Assembly (NCBI GenBank): GCA_964648865.1
Contig: CAZYLV010000003.1
Span: 33,731-97,730 of the forward strand
Reading direction: 5' to 3'
DNA length: 64,000 bases
Source of the DNA: an uncultured Gammaproteobacteria bacterium
GTDB taxonomy: Bacteria > Patescibacteriota > Patescibacteriia > 2-12-FULL-57-11
Part shown: in pieces, positions 12,001 through 22,375 of the stretch
How positions within the stretch are numbered: position 1 is the first letter of the stretch
How the letters are laid out: the number at the start of each line of letters is the position of its first letter
Notes under the pieces: model-generated
What the model was told of the DNA's origin: nothing
The model's database searches: none
Seen by the model: only the letters and a program-made list of their open reading frames with translations
Made by a program: the position numbers and the translations under genes

Positions 12001-13959
12001 ATGGACGACGTCCGTACGCCCTTGGGCATGACCGTCCGTCGCAGCGACGAGCGCTGGGACGTGACCGATGCCGCAGCGACCGAGAAGCGTCCCGAGACGT
12101 CGGCCCGCGCACAGTATCTCGGCGTCGCCGTGAGCCGTCGCCGGCTCATCGCCCTCATCGGCGTGCTGATGGCCGCCTTCGGCATCCTCACGGCGCGTGC
12201 GGCCCAACTCCAGGTCTTCTCCGGCGAGGAGCACCGCAGCCAAGCCGACCGCAACCGCGTACGGGTGCTGCCGACGCGCGCCGTGCGCGGCGTCTTCTTC
12301 GACCGCGCCGGCACGCCGCTCGTGACCAACGTCCCGACGTTCGCCCTGATGCTGACCTACGCCGACCTGCCCGTCGACGACCCGCAGCGCATCGCCGTCA
12401 TCGCCGACGCGGCGCGGCTCTCCGGCGTGCCGGTCGAGGAGCTTGCCATGGCCGTCGGCGAGGCCCGCCGTACGCCCTTCGTCCCATACGCCGCGGCCAC
12501 GGACATCCCGTACGACAACGCCTTGCGCGTGGAGGTGGCCGCGGAACGGCTGCCCGGGGTGAGCGTCGTCGTGGATACCGTCCGGCAGTATGCCGGGGGC
12601 GCCGAGGCGCAGTCCCTTGGCCATCTCTTCGGCTACGTCGGGAAGATCACCGAGGGGCTCTATGCGGCCGCGACGCCCGGCACGTACCTGCTCAACGACC
12701 GCGTCGGCCGGGCCGGCATCGAGGCCGCGCTCGAGCCGCTGCTGCGCGGCAGCTACGGCACCCGGCAGGTGGAGGTCGACGCCCTCGGTCGGGAACGGCG
12801 CGTCATCGCCGAGGAGCCGCCCGAGGACGGCGCCAGCGTGCGGTTGACGGTCGACCTCGCCGCGCAGGAGAAGCTCGAGCAGGTGCTGACGGCCGCCATG
12901 CGCCGCATCGGCCGGACGCGGGCCGCGGCCGTGGCCCTGGATCCGCGCGACGGGGGCGTCATCGCTCTCGTCTCGCTGCCGGGCTACGGCCAGAACCTCT
13001 TCTCCGGCGGCGTGGCCTCGAGCACCTACCGCGCCCTGGCCGAGGATCCCGACGCTCCGCTCTTCCCGCGCGCCGTCTCCGGCACCTACCCGTCCGGCTC
13101 GACCATCAAGCCGCTGGTCGCCGCGGCGGCGTTGGAAGAAGGCATCGTCGGCGAGCGGACCACGGTGCTCTCCACCGGCGGCGTGCGCTACGGGGAGTGG
13201 TTCTTCCCGGACTGGCGCACCGGCGGCCACGGCTCGACCGACGTCAAGAAGGCCATCGCCGACTCGGTCAACACGTTCTTCTACATGGTCGGCGGCGGCA
13301 CCGACAGCTTCCCGGGGCTGGGCATCGACCGGCTCGCGCAGTGGTTCCGCCGCTTCGGCCTCGGCGAGGCGACGGGCGTCGAGCTGCCGGGTGAGGCTGC
13401 GGGCCTCGTGCCGACGCCGGACTGGAAGGAACGCACCAAGCGGCAGTCGTGGTTCATCGGCGACACCTATCACGTCTCCATCGGGCAGGGCGACGTGCTG
13501 GTGACGCCGCTGCAGATGGCCACGGTGACCCAGGCCTTCGCCAACGGCGGCACGGTCTACGGGCCGCGGCTGGTGGCCGCGCACGTCGCCGAGGGCACGG
13601 AGACGATCGAGCCGGCCCGCGTGCTGGCGGACGGCTTCCTGGACGCCGAGACGCTGCGCATCGTCCGCGAGGGCATGCGCCAGACCGTCCTTGCGGGCAG
13701 CGCGCCCTCGCTGCAGCTCGTGCCGGTCCCCGTGGCCGGCAAGACCGGCACCGCGCAGTGGCGCGACGGCCGGCCGACGCACGCCTGGTTCACCGGCTTC
13801 GCGCCTTACGACCGCCCGGAAATCGTCGTCGCCATCCTCATCGAGGAAGGCGGCGAGGGTTCGTCGGTGGCCGTGCCTGTGGCACGGGAGTTCCTCAGCT
13901 GGTATTTCGGCGCCCGTCTGTCCACACCGTCGCTTGACGGCGCCGCGGCCGGCCGGTAG
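12001..13959 (+). CDS. mrdA: penicillin-binding protein 2 (peptidoglycan D,D-transpeptidase)
   Basis: Internal ATG of track ORF 11869..13959, 2 nt after the mreD stop. Motifs: STIKP (SxxK), a SGN-like region and KTGTA (KTG), plus an N-terminal TM anchor. Ends with TAG. Confidence 0.9.
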   Translation: MDDVRTPLGMTVRRSDERWDVTDAAATEKRPETSARAQYLGVAVSRRRLIALIGVLMAAFGILTARAAQLQVFSGEEHRSQADRNRVRVLPTRAVRGVFFDRAGTPLVTNVPTFALMLTYADLPVDDPQRIAVIADAARLSGVPVEELAMAVGEARRTPFVPYAAATDIPYDNALRVEVAAERLPGVSVVVDTVRQYAGGAEAQSLGHLFGYVGKITEGLYAAATPGTYLLNDRVGRAGIEAALEPLLRGSYGTRQVEVDALGRERRVIAEEPPEDGASVRLTVDLAAQEKLEQVLTAAMRRIGRTRAAAVALDPRDGGVIALVSLPGYGQNLFSGGVASSTYRALAEDPDAPLFPRAVSGTYPSGSTIKPLVAAAALEEGIVGERTTVLSTGGVRYGEWFFPDWRTGGHGSTDVKKAIADSVNTFFYMVGGGTDSFPGLGIDRLAQWFRRFGLGEATGVELPGEAAGLVPTPDWKERTKRQSWFIGDTYHVSIGQGDVLVTPLQMATVTQAFANGGTVYGPRLVAAHVAEGTETIEPARVLADGFLDAETLRIVREGMRQTVLAGSAPSLQLVPVPVAGKTGTAQWRDGRPTHAWFTGFAPYDRPEIVVAILIEEGGEGSSVAVPVAREFLSWYFGARLSTPSLDGAAAGR

Positions 13960-13986
13960 CGTGAGAGGCGACAACCGAACCATTCC

Positions 13987-14014
13987 GCTGACCCCGTCCG
14001 GGGTCAGCTTTCTT
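13987..14014 (+). terminator. Rho-independent terminator after mrdA
   Basis: GCTGACCCCG-tcc-CGGGGTCAGC perfect stem followed by TTTCTT. Confidence 0.6.
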
Positions 14015-14022
14015 CGTACGAT

Positions 14023-14481
14023 ATGAACGAATACGTCTACGTCACCCCCGCGGGGCTCGAAAAACTCAAGAAGGAGCTCCATGAGCTCAAGACGGTCCGC
14101 AAGCGTGAGGTCGCGGACCGGATCGAGAAGGCCAAGGAGCTCGGCGACCTCTCCGAGAACGCCGAGTACGCGGACGCCAAGGACGAGATGGCCTTCATCG
14201 AGGGACGCATCATGGAACTCGAGGATGCGGTCAACCGCTCCAAGGTCATCGAGAGCGCCGGTACCGAGACCGTCTCCATCGGCCATACGGTGGAGGTCGA
14301 GGTCGGCGGCAAGGCGCGGACCTACACCATCGTCGGCTCGAGCGAGGCCGATCCGGCCGCCGGCCGCATCTCCAACGAGACGCCGCTGGCCCACGCGCTG
14401 CTCGGCAAGAAGGTCGGCGACAGCATCGAGGTCACCTTGCCCGCCGGCAAGACGACCTACGTCATCCGCTCCATTTCCTGA
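14023..14481 (+). CDS. greA: transcription elongation factor GreA
   Basis: 152 aa. An N-terminal coiled-coil with the conserved acidic tip (..DLSENAEY..) and a C-terminal FKBP-like domain. Confidence 0.93.
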   Translation: MNEYVYVTPAGLEKLKKELHELKTVRKREVADRIEKAKELGDLSENAEYADAKDEMAFIEGRIMELEDAVNRSKVIESAGTETVSIGHTVEVEVGGKARTYTIVGSSEADPAAGRISNETPLAHALLGKKVGDSIEVTLPAGKTTYVIRSIS

Positions 14482-14510
14482 AGGTCCGGGGCGCGCTATA
14501 CTGCGTCGAT

Positions 14511-15986
14511 ATGGCCGAAGAGACCGTCGCACGCCGCGAGAAGCTCGAGGCCCTCCGCCAAGAGGGAATCGAGGCCTATCCGCCGGACCCGCTGCGCACC
14601 GCCACGGTGGGCGAGCTGCTGGCATCGTTCGCGGAGCGCGAGAGGGGCGGCGACAACGTCACGATCACCGGTCGGCTGATGACCGTCCGCGTCCATGGCG
14701 CCCTGCTGTTCGCCGACCTGCGGGACGCGACCGGCCGCATCCAGCTGATGCTCAAGGAAGACCAGGTCGGCGCGACGTCCTTCGCCCGCTTCCGGGACCG
14801 CATGGACCCGGGCGACATCGTGGAGGCCACCGGCGCCGCGTTCACCACCAAGCGCGGCGAGCAGTCGCTGCTCGTGGCCGCGTGGCGCCCGCTGGCCAAA
14901 GCCCTCCTCCCCCTGCCCGAGAAGTGGCACGGACTCACGGACGTGGAGACGCGTTTCCGTGAGCGCGAGATCGACCTGCTGGCCAACGACGTCGTCCGTG
15001 AGCGCTTCCTGTTGCGCTCACGGGCCATCCACGCGGTCCGCGCCTTCCTGCACGAGCGCGGGTTCCTGGAAGTGGAGACGCCGATGCTGCACCCCATCGC
15101 CGGCGGTGCCAGCGCCCGGCCGTTCGTCACCCACCACAACGCGCTCGGCGTGGACCTTTTCTTGCGCATCGCCCCGGAGCTGTACCTCAAGCGGCTGCTC
15201 GTGGGCGGCTTCGAGCGCATCTTCGAGCTGGGACGCTGCTTCCGCAACGAGGGCATCGATTACTCGCACAACCCCGAGTTCACGATGCTCGAGCTGTACT
15301 GGGCCTACGCCGAGAAGGACGCCTTCCTGGCCATGCTCGAGGAGATGCTCGGCCGCGTGCTCACCGAGACGGTCGGCGGCACCGTGCTCGAGTACGAAGG
15401 CGAGCGGCTCGACTTCGCCGCGCCCTGGCCGCGCACGACGTTCCGCCAGGCCGTCCTCGACGCCACTGGCATCGACATCGACGAGGCCCGGAACCCCGAG
15501 GCGCTCGCCGCGGCCGCGGCGCGCAAGAGGGTCGCGGTCGACTTCGGCGGCTGCGTGGGCCTCGGCGAGTGCTATGACGAACTCTGGAAGCGCGCCGCAC
15601 GGCCGCGCATCGTCCGGCCCACCTGGGTCCTGGACTACCCGGTGGAGATGAAGCCGCTGACGCGCCGTCATCCGGAGGATCCCGCCAAGAGCGCCTCGGC
15701 GCAGCTCGTGGTGCGCGGCGCCGAGATCATCAACGCCTTCTACCACGAGCTCAACGACCCGCTCGACCAGCGGGCGCGCTTCGAGGAGCAGCAGCGGCTC
15801 AGGGAGCAGGGGAGCGCGGAAGCGCAGCCCATGGATGAGGGCTTCCTGCGCGCGCTCGAGCACGGCATGCCCCCCGCGGCGGGCATGGGCATGGGCATCG
15901 ATCGCCTGGTGTTGCTGCTCACCGGCACGCACAACATCAAGGAGACCATCCTCTTCCCGACGCTGCGGCCCGAGCACCCCGTATGA
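14511..15986 (+). CDS. lysS: lysine--tRNA ligase (class II)
   Basis: 491 aa. An OB anticodon-binding N-terminus and class II motifs (..FRNEG.., ..GMGIDRL..). Confidence 0.95.
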   Translation: MAEETVARREKLEALRQEGIEAYPPDPLRTATVGELLASFAERERGGDNVTITGRLMTVRVHGALLFADLRDATGRIQLMLKEDQVGATSFARFRDRMDPGDIVEATGAAFTTKRGEQSLLVAAWRPLAKALLPLPEKWHGLTDVETRFREREIDLLANDVVRERFLLRSRAIHAVRAFLHERGFLEVETPMLHPIAGGASARPFVTHHNALGVDLFLRIAPELYLKRLLVGGFERIFELGRCFRNEGIDYSHNPEFTMLELYWAYAEKDAFLAMLEEMLGRVLTETVGGTVLEYEGERLDFAAPWPRTTFRQAVLDATGIDIDEARNPEALAAAAARKRVAVDFGGCVGLGECYDELWKRAARPRIVRPTWVLDYPVEMKPLTRRHPEDPAKSASAQLVVRGAEIINAFYHELNDPLDQRARFEEQQRLREQGSAEAQPMDEGFLRALEHGMPPAAGMGMGIDRLVLLLTGTHNIKETILFPTLRPEHPV

Positions 15987-16417
15987 AGCGGCGCGTCGTG
16001 GTCTTCGGCACGTTCGACCTGCTCCATCCGGGGCACGCCGCGTTCCTGCGGCGGGCGCGCCGGTTGGGCGACGAGCTGGTCGTGGTGGTGGCCCGGGACG
16101 CCCGCGTGCGCCGGGAGAAGGGCAAGGCGCCCGTCTTCCGCGAACGCGAGCGGCTCGCGCTCGTCGCAGCCCTGCGCTGGGTGGATAAGGCCGTACTCGG
16201 CGACGCCGCCGGCCGCTGGGGCGCGGTACGACGGTTGCGCCCGCGCGTCATCGCCCTGGGGCACGACCAGACCGCCGCGCGGCCCGAGGTCGTCCGCCAG
16301 CTCGCCGACCTCCGCCCGCGCCCACGGCTCGTCCCGCTGCCGCGCATCGGTCCACCCCATCACGCCTCGTCCCGGTTGAAAGCCCGCATCTATGATCGAC
16401 AGAAAACTCGTCCGTGA
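15983..16417 (+). CDS. cytidylyltransferase-fold nucleotidyltransferase, archaeal RibL-like FAD synthase / TagD-like
   Basis: 144 aa. The HxGH motif (GTFDLLHPGH) and the ..ELVVVVARD.. ..VDKAVLG.. pattern match RibL-type FMN adenylyltransferases and glycerol-3-P cytidylyltransferases. The ATG overlaps the lysS stop by 4 nt. The 3' end overlaps serS by 26 nt. Confidence 0.7.
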   Translation: MKRRVVVFGTFDLLHPGHAAFLRRARRLGDELVVVVARDARVRREKGKAPVFRERERLALVAALRWVDKAVLGDAAGRWGAVRRLRPRVIALGHDQTAARPEVVRQLADLRPRPRLVPLPRIGPPHHASSRLKARIYDRQKTRP

Positions 16418-17705
16418 GCGTCCGGACATCCTCAAGAAGGCGGTCGCCGACCGTCGGCTGAAGGTCGACGTGGACGCCATCGTGAAGATGGAAGGACAGC
16501 GGCTCGACGTGCTGCGCAAGGTCGAGGACTTCCGCGCCCTGAAGCGCAAGGCCTCAGACAAGATCGCCAAGGCACCGCCGGCGGAGAAGAAGGCCCTCAT
16601 CGCCGAGATGAAGGACTTCGACAAGGACGCCGACAAGCTGGAGAAGAAGCTGGCCAAGCTCGAGGGAGAGCTCGATGCGCTGCTCAAGCAGCTGCCCAAC
16701 ATCCCGCTGCCTGAGGTGCCGGTGGGTCCGGACGAGAGCGGCAACGTGGAGATCCGCCGCGTCGGCGAACCGCCGACATTCGGTTTCGCCCCCAAGGACC
16801 ACATGGCGCTCGGCACCGCGCTGGGCATCATCGATCAGGAACGCGCCGCCCGCGTCTCCGGCGCACGCTTCACGTATCTCCTCGGCGATCTGGTGCGCCT
16901 CCAGCAGTCGCTGGGCCAGTTCGTCTTCGACCTTCTGACGGACCGTGCGGCCTTGGGCGCGCTCATCAAGAAGGCCGAGCTCGACGTGCCGGACACGCCG
17001 TTCATCCCGGTCGTGCCGCCGCTCATGATCACGCCCGGCGTCTTCGAGCGGATGGGGCGCCTCGAGCCCAAGGACGAGCGCTACCGCATGGATGCCGACG
17101 ACCTGTATCTCATCGGCAGCGCCGAGCACACCCTCGGGCCGTTGCACATGGACGAGATCCTGGCCGAGGCCGACCTGCCGCTGCGCTACGTGGCCCTGAC
17201 CCCGGCCTTCCGCCGCGAGGCGGGCAGCTACGGCAAGGACACGCGCGGCATCCTGCGGCTTCACCAGTTCGACAAGATGGAGATGGAATCCTTCGCGCTG
17301 CCCGAGCGGGCCGTGGCCGAGCAGGACCTCTTCGTGGCCATCCAGGAACATGTCGTCGCTGCGCTGGGCATCCCGTATCGCGTCATGGCGATCTGCACGG
17401 GCGACATGGGCACGCCGGACGCGCGCCAGATCGACATCGAGTGCTGGATGCCGGGGCAGGACACCTACCGCGAGACGCACACCGCGGACCTGATGACCGA
17501 TTTCCAGGCGCGTCGGCTCAATACCCGCGTCAGGCGCGCCGACGGCAGCACGCAGTTCGTCCACATGAACGACGCCACGGCCGTGGCCATGGGGCGCATG
17601 CTCATCGCCATCCTCGAGAATTTCCAACGGGAGGACGGCAGCATCGATGTCCCCGTGGTCCTGCATCCGTACATGCGCGGCGTGACGAGACTCACGCCCC
17701 GCTGA
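16392..17705 (+). CDS. serS: serine--tRNA ligase
   Basis: 437 aa. An N-terminal coiled-coil arm and class II catalytic motifs (..FRREAGS.., ..GDMG..). Confidence 0.95.
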   Translation: MIDRKLVRERPDILKKAVADRRLKVDVDAIVKMEGQRLDVLRKVEDFRALKRKASDKIAKAPPAEKKALIAEMKDFDKDADKLEKKLAKLEGELDALLKQLPNIPLPEVPVGPDESGNVEIRRVGEPPTFGFAPKDHMALGTALGIIDQERAARVSGARFTYLLGDLVRLQQSLGQFVFDLLTDRAALGALIKKAELDVPDTPFIPVVPPLMITPGVFERMGRLEPKDERYRMDADDLYLIGSAEHTLGPLHMDEILAEADLPLRYVALTPAFRREAGSYGKDTRGILRLHQFDKMEMESFALPERAVAEQDLFVAIQEHVVAALGIPYRVMAICTGDMGTPDARQIDIECWMPGQDTYRETHTADLMTDFQARRLNTRVRRADGSTQFVHMNDATAVAMGRMLIAILENFQREDGSIDVPVVLHPYMRGVTRLTPR

Positions 17706-17712
17706 TCCGCCC

Positions 17713-18840
17713 ATGCGCCTGGCGCCGAAAACCTGGGTCGAGGTTTCGCGGGCCGCGCTCCGGCACAACGCGCAGGAGTTCCGCCACGCGCTCGGGCCAG
17801 CCGCGGCCCTCATGGCGGTCGTCAAGAGCAACGCGTACGGCCATGGTCTCACTGAGACCGTCCAGGCCTTGAAAGGCCGTGTCCCGTGGTTCGGTGTCGA
17901 TAGTGTCCCCGAGGCCATCTCGGGACTCCAAAGCGCTCCCCAGGCCCGTTTTTTGGCTCTGGGCGCGTTCCTGCCGGAGTGGTTGGCTCCCGCGGCCAAG
18001 AAGGGCATCCGGCTGAGCGTCTCCAGCCCCGAGGCCGCTGCCGTCCTGGCCCGCAAGGCACCCCGAGCCACCGTCCACCTGGAGGTCGAGACAGGCCTGA
18101 CACGGCAGGGGATCGGGGAGAAGGACCTGCCGTCGACGCTGCGTCTGCTCCGACGCGCCGGGGTGCGCGTCGAGGGGCTGTTCACGCACTACGCCAACAT
18201 CGAGGATACGACCGAGCACAGCTACGCCCGTGGCCAACTGACGCGCTTCCGCAAGGCGTTGTCCATCGCGGAGAAGGTCCTGGGCACGCCGGTGCCGCTG
18301 CCGCACACGGCATGCTCCGCCGCGGCCATCCTCTTTCCGCAGACGCACTTCGCGCTGTCCCGCGTCGGCATCTCCCTCTATGGCCTCTGGCCGAGCAAGG
18401 AGACGCTCGTCTCGGCACGCGCCGCGGGCAAGCCCATCGACCTGCGGCCGGCGCTCGCATGGAAGACGACCGTCGCCCAAGTCAAGCGCGTGCGCGCCGG
18501 GACACCGGTGAGTTACGGCCTCACGGAGCGCATGGCGCGCACCGGCAGGGTCGCCGTGCTGCCGGTGGGATACTGGGACGGCTACGCTCGCGGACTCTCG
18601 TCCGTCGGACAGGCGCTCATCCGCGGGCGGCGCGCAAAGGTGCTCGGCCGCGTCTGCATGAACATGATGATGGTCGACGTCACGGGCGTCCCCGGCGTCC
18701 GCCCGGGCGACGAGGTCGTCCTCCTCGGCCGGCAGGGGAGGGGAGCGGTCAGCGCCGAGGATCTCGCCGCGAAGCTCGGCACCATCAACTACGAAGTCGT
18801 GACGCGCATCAACCCGACGTTGCCGCGTATCCTGGTATGA
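17713..18840 (+). CDS. alr: alanine racemase
   Basis: 375 aa. The PLP-lysine motif (AVVKSNAYGHG) near the N-terminus. Confidence 0.92.
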   Translation: MRLAPKTWVEVSRAALRHNAQEFRHALGPAAALMAVVKSNAYGHGLTETVQALKGRVPWFGVDSVPEAISGLQSAPQARFLALGAFLPEWLAPAAKKGIRLSVSSPEAAAVLARKAPRATVHLEVETGLTRQGIGEKDLPSTLRLLRRAGVRVEGLFTHYANIEDTTEHSYARGQLTRFRKALSIAEKVLGTPVPLPHTACSAAAILFPQTHFALSRVGISLYGLWPSKETLVSARAAGKPIDLRPALAWKTTVAQVKRVRAGTPVSYGLTERMARTGRVAVLPVGYWDGYARGLSSVGQALIRGRRAKVLGRVCMNMMMVDVTGVPGVRPGDEVVLLGRQGRGAVSAEDLAAKLGTINYEVVTRINPTLPRILV

Positions 18841-19946
18841 AGAAACTCCGCATCGGCGTCATCTTCGGCGGCAGGAGCGGCGAGCACGAGGTGAGCTGCG
18901 CGTCGGCACGCAACGTGCTGGCCGCGTTCGACCAGGCGCGCTACGAGGCCGTACCGGTGCTCGTGGCCAAGGACGGCACCTGGCACCGCGGCGAGGCGGC
19001 CGCGCACTATCTGGCGCACGGTTCATTTCCGGAAATCGATGTCCGTGTAGGGGCGCAGCATGCGGCGCCCCTACAGCCGGTACCGGATGCCGGCCGGCCG
19101 TTCGACGTCATCTTCCCGCTCATCCACGGCACCAACGGCGAGGATGGGACGCTGCAGGGTCTCCTGGAGCTCGCCGACGTGCCTTATGTGGGCTGCGGCG
19201 TGCTCGGATCGGCCGTCGGCATGGACAAGATCGCGCAAAAGGCGATGCTGCGTGATGCCGGCATCCCTGTCGCGCCCGCCGTGGCGACCGATGCCGTCGA
19301 GGTCGCCGGTGACTGGCCCGGCGTCGCCGCCCACGCCGCTGCGCTTGACCTGCCGCTGTTCGTGAAGCCGGCCAACGCCGGATCGTCCGTCGGCGTCAGC
19401 AAGGTCAAGACCGCCGATGCGTTGCGCGCCGCGGTGGACGAGGCGTTGCGCCACGACCGCCGGGTGCTCATCGAGGCGGCCGTGCCGGCGGCGCGAGAGC
19501 TGGAGATCGCCGTGCTCGGCAACGAGGCGCCTCGGGCCTCGGTCATCGGCGAGATCGTCCCGTCCGGCGAGTTCTACGACTACGACGCCAAATACGTCGA
19601 CGGCGCCTCGCGTTCCGTCGTGCCGGCCTCGCTCGAACCTGCCGTCGCGGAGCGCGTCACGCGGCTGGCCCTGCACGCCTTCCGCGCCCTGGATCTGGCA
19701 GGCATGGCACGCGTCGACTTCCTGCTCTCCCGGGAGACGGACCAGCTCGTCCTCAACGAGGTCAACACCATCCCGGGGTTCACGGACATCAGCATGTACC
19801 CGACGCTCTGGAAGGCCAGCGGCCTGCCGCAGCCGGCGCTGCTCGACGAGCTGGTGCGTCTGGCCCAGGAGCGGCACGCCGCACGCCGCGCCTTGCTGCG
19901 TTCGCATGCCACCGGCGGCTGGTGGATCGCCGGAACGGGTCCCTGA
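18837..19946 (+). CDS. ddl: D-alanine--D-alanine ligase
   Basis: Internal ATG of track ORF 17979..19946, overlapping the alr stop (ATGA). Motifs MKKLRIGVIFGGRSGEHEVS and an ATP-grasp region. Confidence 0.93.
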   Translation: MKKLRIGVIFGGRSGEHEVSCASARNVLAAFDQARYEAVPVLVAKDGTWHRGEAAAHYLAHGSFPEIDVRVGAQHAAPLQPVPDAGRPFDVIFPLIHGTNGEDGTLQGLLELADVPYVGCGVLGSAVGMDKIAQKAMLRDAGIPVAPAVATDAVEVAGDWPGVAAHAAALDLPLFVKPANAGSSVGVSKVKTADALRAAVDEALRHDRRVLIEAAVPAARELEIAVLGNEAPRASVIGEIVPSGEFYDYDAKYVDGASRSVVPASLEPAVAERVTRLALHAFRALDLAGMARVDFLLSRETDQLVLNEVNTIPGFTDISMYPTLWKASGLPQPALLDELVRLAQERHAARRALLRSHATGGWWIAGTGP

Positions 19947-19948
19947 CC

Positions 19949-20929
19949 ATGCGCCTGCCTTTCTTGCGCCGCGGACCGCGACCGCCGGCGGGCCGCAAGG
20001 TCTACCGCTTGCCGCGCTCCACGCGCGGCCCCTCGGAGAACCCCTACTTCAACCGTCGCGTCCAACGGCGCATGGTACGCGTCCTGCCGCTCGTGACGAC
20101 ATGCGGCGCGGCGCTCGCGCTCGGCGTCGCGGCGATCCTCGGGCTGACGCTGCCCGGCCTCGCCATCGGCCAGATCAGCGTCACGGGACATGGGCGTGTC
20201 GGCCGCGAGGAGATCGACGCCGCCATCCGGGAGGAGTACGACGTCCGGTTCCTCGGCATCTTCCCGCGACGCAACTACTTCCTCTTCCGCGCCGCCGCGC
20301 TGCGCGGGCGCCTGGAAGCGCACCCTTCCATCGCCGCGGCGGACGTCTCCAAGGCCTTCCCGGACCGTCTGAGCGTGCGCGTCGTGGAACGCGAGGCGGA
20401 GTTCCAGGTCCTGACCACCGACGCGCGGGCGCTGGTCGACGACGAGGGCATCGCCTTCGAGGTCTTCCTGGGGGAGGGGGGAGGCCGTCCGCCGACCGTC
20501 ACGCCGCCCCTCGGCTCCACCAGCACGCCGCTCTTCGCGACGTCCACCTGGAAGCTCCCTGATCTCGTGCGCATCGTGCAGCAGCGTGCGACGACGACCT
20601 ATCCGACATTGTACGACACATCAGAGACGGCCTTCCTCAGGGGGGAGGCGATCGTCCCACCGGCCATCGTCGACACGGTGCGGAGGGTCTCCGGGCTCCT
20701 CAACGAGACCGACAGCTCGCTGAACGCCGTCGGCGCCATCTACGACCGCGACCGACGGCATGAGATGAACGTCGTCACGTCCGAGGGCTGGCGTGTGCTC
20801 TTGGACCCCGGGCTCGGTCTGGAGGCGCCGCTCGAGGCGCTGCGTGCCGTCCTGCAGGAGCAGATCACGGACCGCGGCACGCTGGAGTACGTGGACGTGC
20901 GATACCAGGATCGCGTGTACTACAAGTAG
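19949..20929 (+). CDS. ftsQ: cell division protein FtsQ/DivIB-like (POTRA domain)
   Basis: ATG 2 nt after the ddl stop. A basic N-terminus, one TM helix and a POTRA-like region (..RVVEREAEFQV..). The position after ddl is canonical. Ends with TAG. Confidence 0.75.
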   Translation: MRLPFLRRGPRPPAGRKVYRLPRSTRGPSENPYFNRRVQRRMVRVLPLVTTCGAALALGVAAILGLTLPGLAIGQISVTGHGRVGREEIDAAIREEYDVRFLGIFPRRNYFLFRAAALRGRLEAHPSIAAADVSKAFPDRLSVRVVEREAEFQVLTTDARALVDDEGIAFEVFLGEGGGRPPTVTPPLGSTSTPLFATSTWKLPDLVRIVQQRATTTYPTLYDTSETAFLRGEAIVPPAIVDTVRRVSGLLNETDSSLNAVGAIYDRDRRHEMNVVTSEGWRVLLDPGLGLEAPLEALRAVLQEQITDRGTLEYVDVRYQDRVYYK

Positions 20930-21073
20930 GGCCCTACAGAGGCTCACACGAAGAGGCCTATCCCGGGCATTTCCGCAACCTAGCGTCGCATAAGATACAT
21001 TGGGCGACACTAGTAACGCTCTATCGCCTAGCGTCATTTCGAGGAGCGAAGTGACGGTAAATCCCAGGCGTCC

Positions 21074-22375
21074 CTACTTCAGCAGATAATCCAGCGGATT
21101 GACCGGGATGCCGTTCAAACGCGTCTCGAAGTGCAGGTGCGGGCCCGTGGTGAGGTTGCCGGCGCCGGGCGTGCCCGGGGTGCCTCCAGAGAGCGCGATG
21201 ACCTGTCCCCGCTCCACGAACTCCCCTTCCGAGACCATGATGCGCGAGACGTGGCCGTAGACGGTTGAGATGCCGTTGTCGTGGATGAGCATCACGTAGC
21301 TGTAGCCCAAGCCGGCGTTCTTGGCGCGGGCCACGTAGCCGGGCGCGGCGGCGCCGATGCGCGTCCCCTGGTAGGCGCGGACGTCGATTGCCGGATGCTC
21401 GAAGACGTGGCGGAACGGGTAATCCGGATCGTGGAAGTAGGCCGTGATGCCGCGTGACGGGTCGACGGGCCAGGAAAGGACCGTGGAATCGCCCGTCAGG
21501 TTGCGCAGCTTGTCCTGGGACTCGAGCTTGCGCCGCAGCGTGTTCTCGAGCGTCACGATGTCGCTGTCGACCGTCTGCTGCTGCGACCGCAGCGTGGCCA
21601 GGTTCTGTTGCAGCCCCTGCGTCTCCTGCTCCAACGTCTCGGCCAGCTTCTGTTTGCCGGTGCGCGACTCCTCGAGCTCGGCCTGGGAGATCTCCAAGCG
21701 TTTCTTGAGGTCTGAGAGCTTCTGCCGTTGCGCTTCCTTGTCGTCCTGCTGGCCCTCGAGCGTCGTCTTGAGCGCCACGACCTCCTCCAACGCGCGCTGC
21801 AGGTCCTTGCCGATCTCCTCGGAGGTCTTGAGGCGATCGTAGAATTCCGAGAAGGACTCGTTCATCAGCAGCACCTCGAGCGCGCTCCGGTCGCTGGCCC
21901 GGGCGATGGTCCGCAGGAACTCGGAGAGGTATGCCTTCCGCCGTTCGATCTGCGCGCTGCGCTCACCGATATGCAGGTCGAGCGCGGCGATCTCCAGGTT
22001 GACCTGCTCGATCTCGGCCTCGGTCTGCTGGATGTCCAGTTCGGTCTTGGCCAGGCGGTTCTCGAGCAGTCCCAGCTGGTTCTGGAGCGAGACCGTCTGG
22101 CTGCGGCGGTTGGCGATGGTGCCCTGGAGCGTGCCGATGCGCTGCTGCAGGTCTGAGACGGCTTGCTTCTTGCGGGCCACGGCGTCATTGAGCCGCAGGA
22201 TCTCCTCGCGCGTGGCCTCCGAGTACTCTTCCTCGCCTGGTGTCTCCGCGCTCTCCGTCGGCGCCTCCTCCTCAGCGAACGCCTGGTAGACCTGCCAGCC
22301 GGAATATGCCACGAAGAGGCTCAGCGCGATCGCCGCGAGCCCCAGCACGCCGATCCGGTTTTTCGGGTGTTCCAT
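21074..22375 (-). CDS. M23 family metallopeptidase with an N-terminal TM anchor and long coiled-coil (EnvC-like murein hydrolase activator/peptidase)
   Basis: The internal Met (MEHPKN..., aa 131 of track ORF 21074..22765) gives a TM anchor, a ~250-aa coiled-coil and a C-terminal M23 domain (..HDNGISTVYGHVS.. ..GPHLHFE..). The upstream part of the ORF is R/A-rich junk overlapping gltX. Confidence 0.85.
   Translation of the reverse strand: MEHPKNRIGVLGLAAIALSLFVAYSGWQVYQAFAEEEAPTESAETPGEEEYSEATREEILRLNDAVARKKQAVSDLQQRIGTLQGTIANRRSQTVSLQNQLGLLENRLAKTELDIQQTEAEIEQVNLEIAALDLHIGERSAQIERRKAYLSEFLRTIARASDRSALEVLLMNESFSEFYDRLKTSEEIGKDLQRALEEVVALKTTLEGQQDDKEAQRQKLSDLKKRLEISQAELEESRTGKQKLAETLEQETQGLQQNLATLRSQQQTVDSDIVTLENTLRRKLESQDKLRNLTGDSTVLSWPVDPSRGITAYFHDPDYPFRHVFEHPAIDVRAYQGTRIGAAAPGYVARAKNAGLGYSYVMLIHDNGISTVYGHVSRIMVSEGEFVERGQVIALSGGTPGTPGAGNLTTGPHLHFETRLNGIPVNPLDYLLK

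Noticed and set aside
20930-21073. tRNA or tmRNA in the low-GC spacer
   Set aside because: No T-loop (GTTCRANYC) or acceptor/anticodon cloverleaf could be found on either strand.
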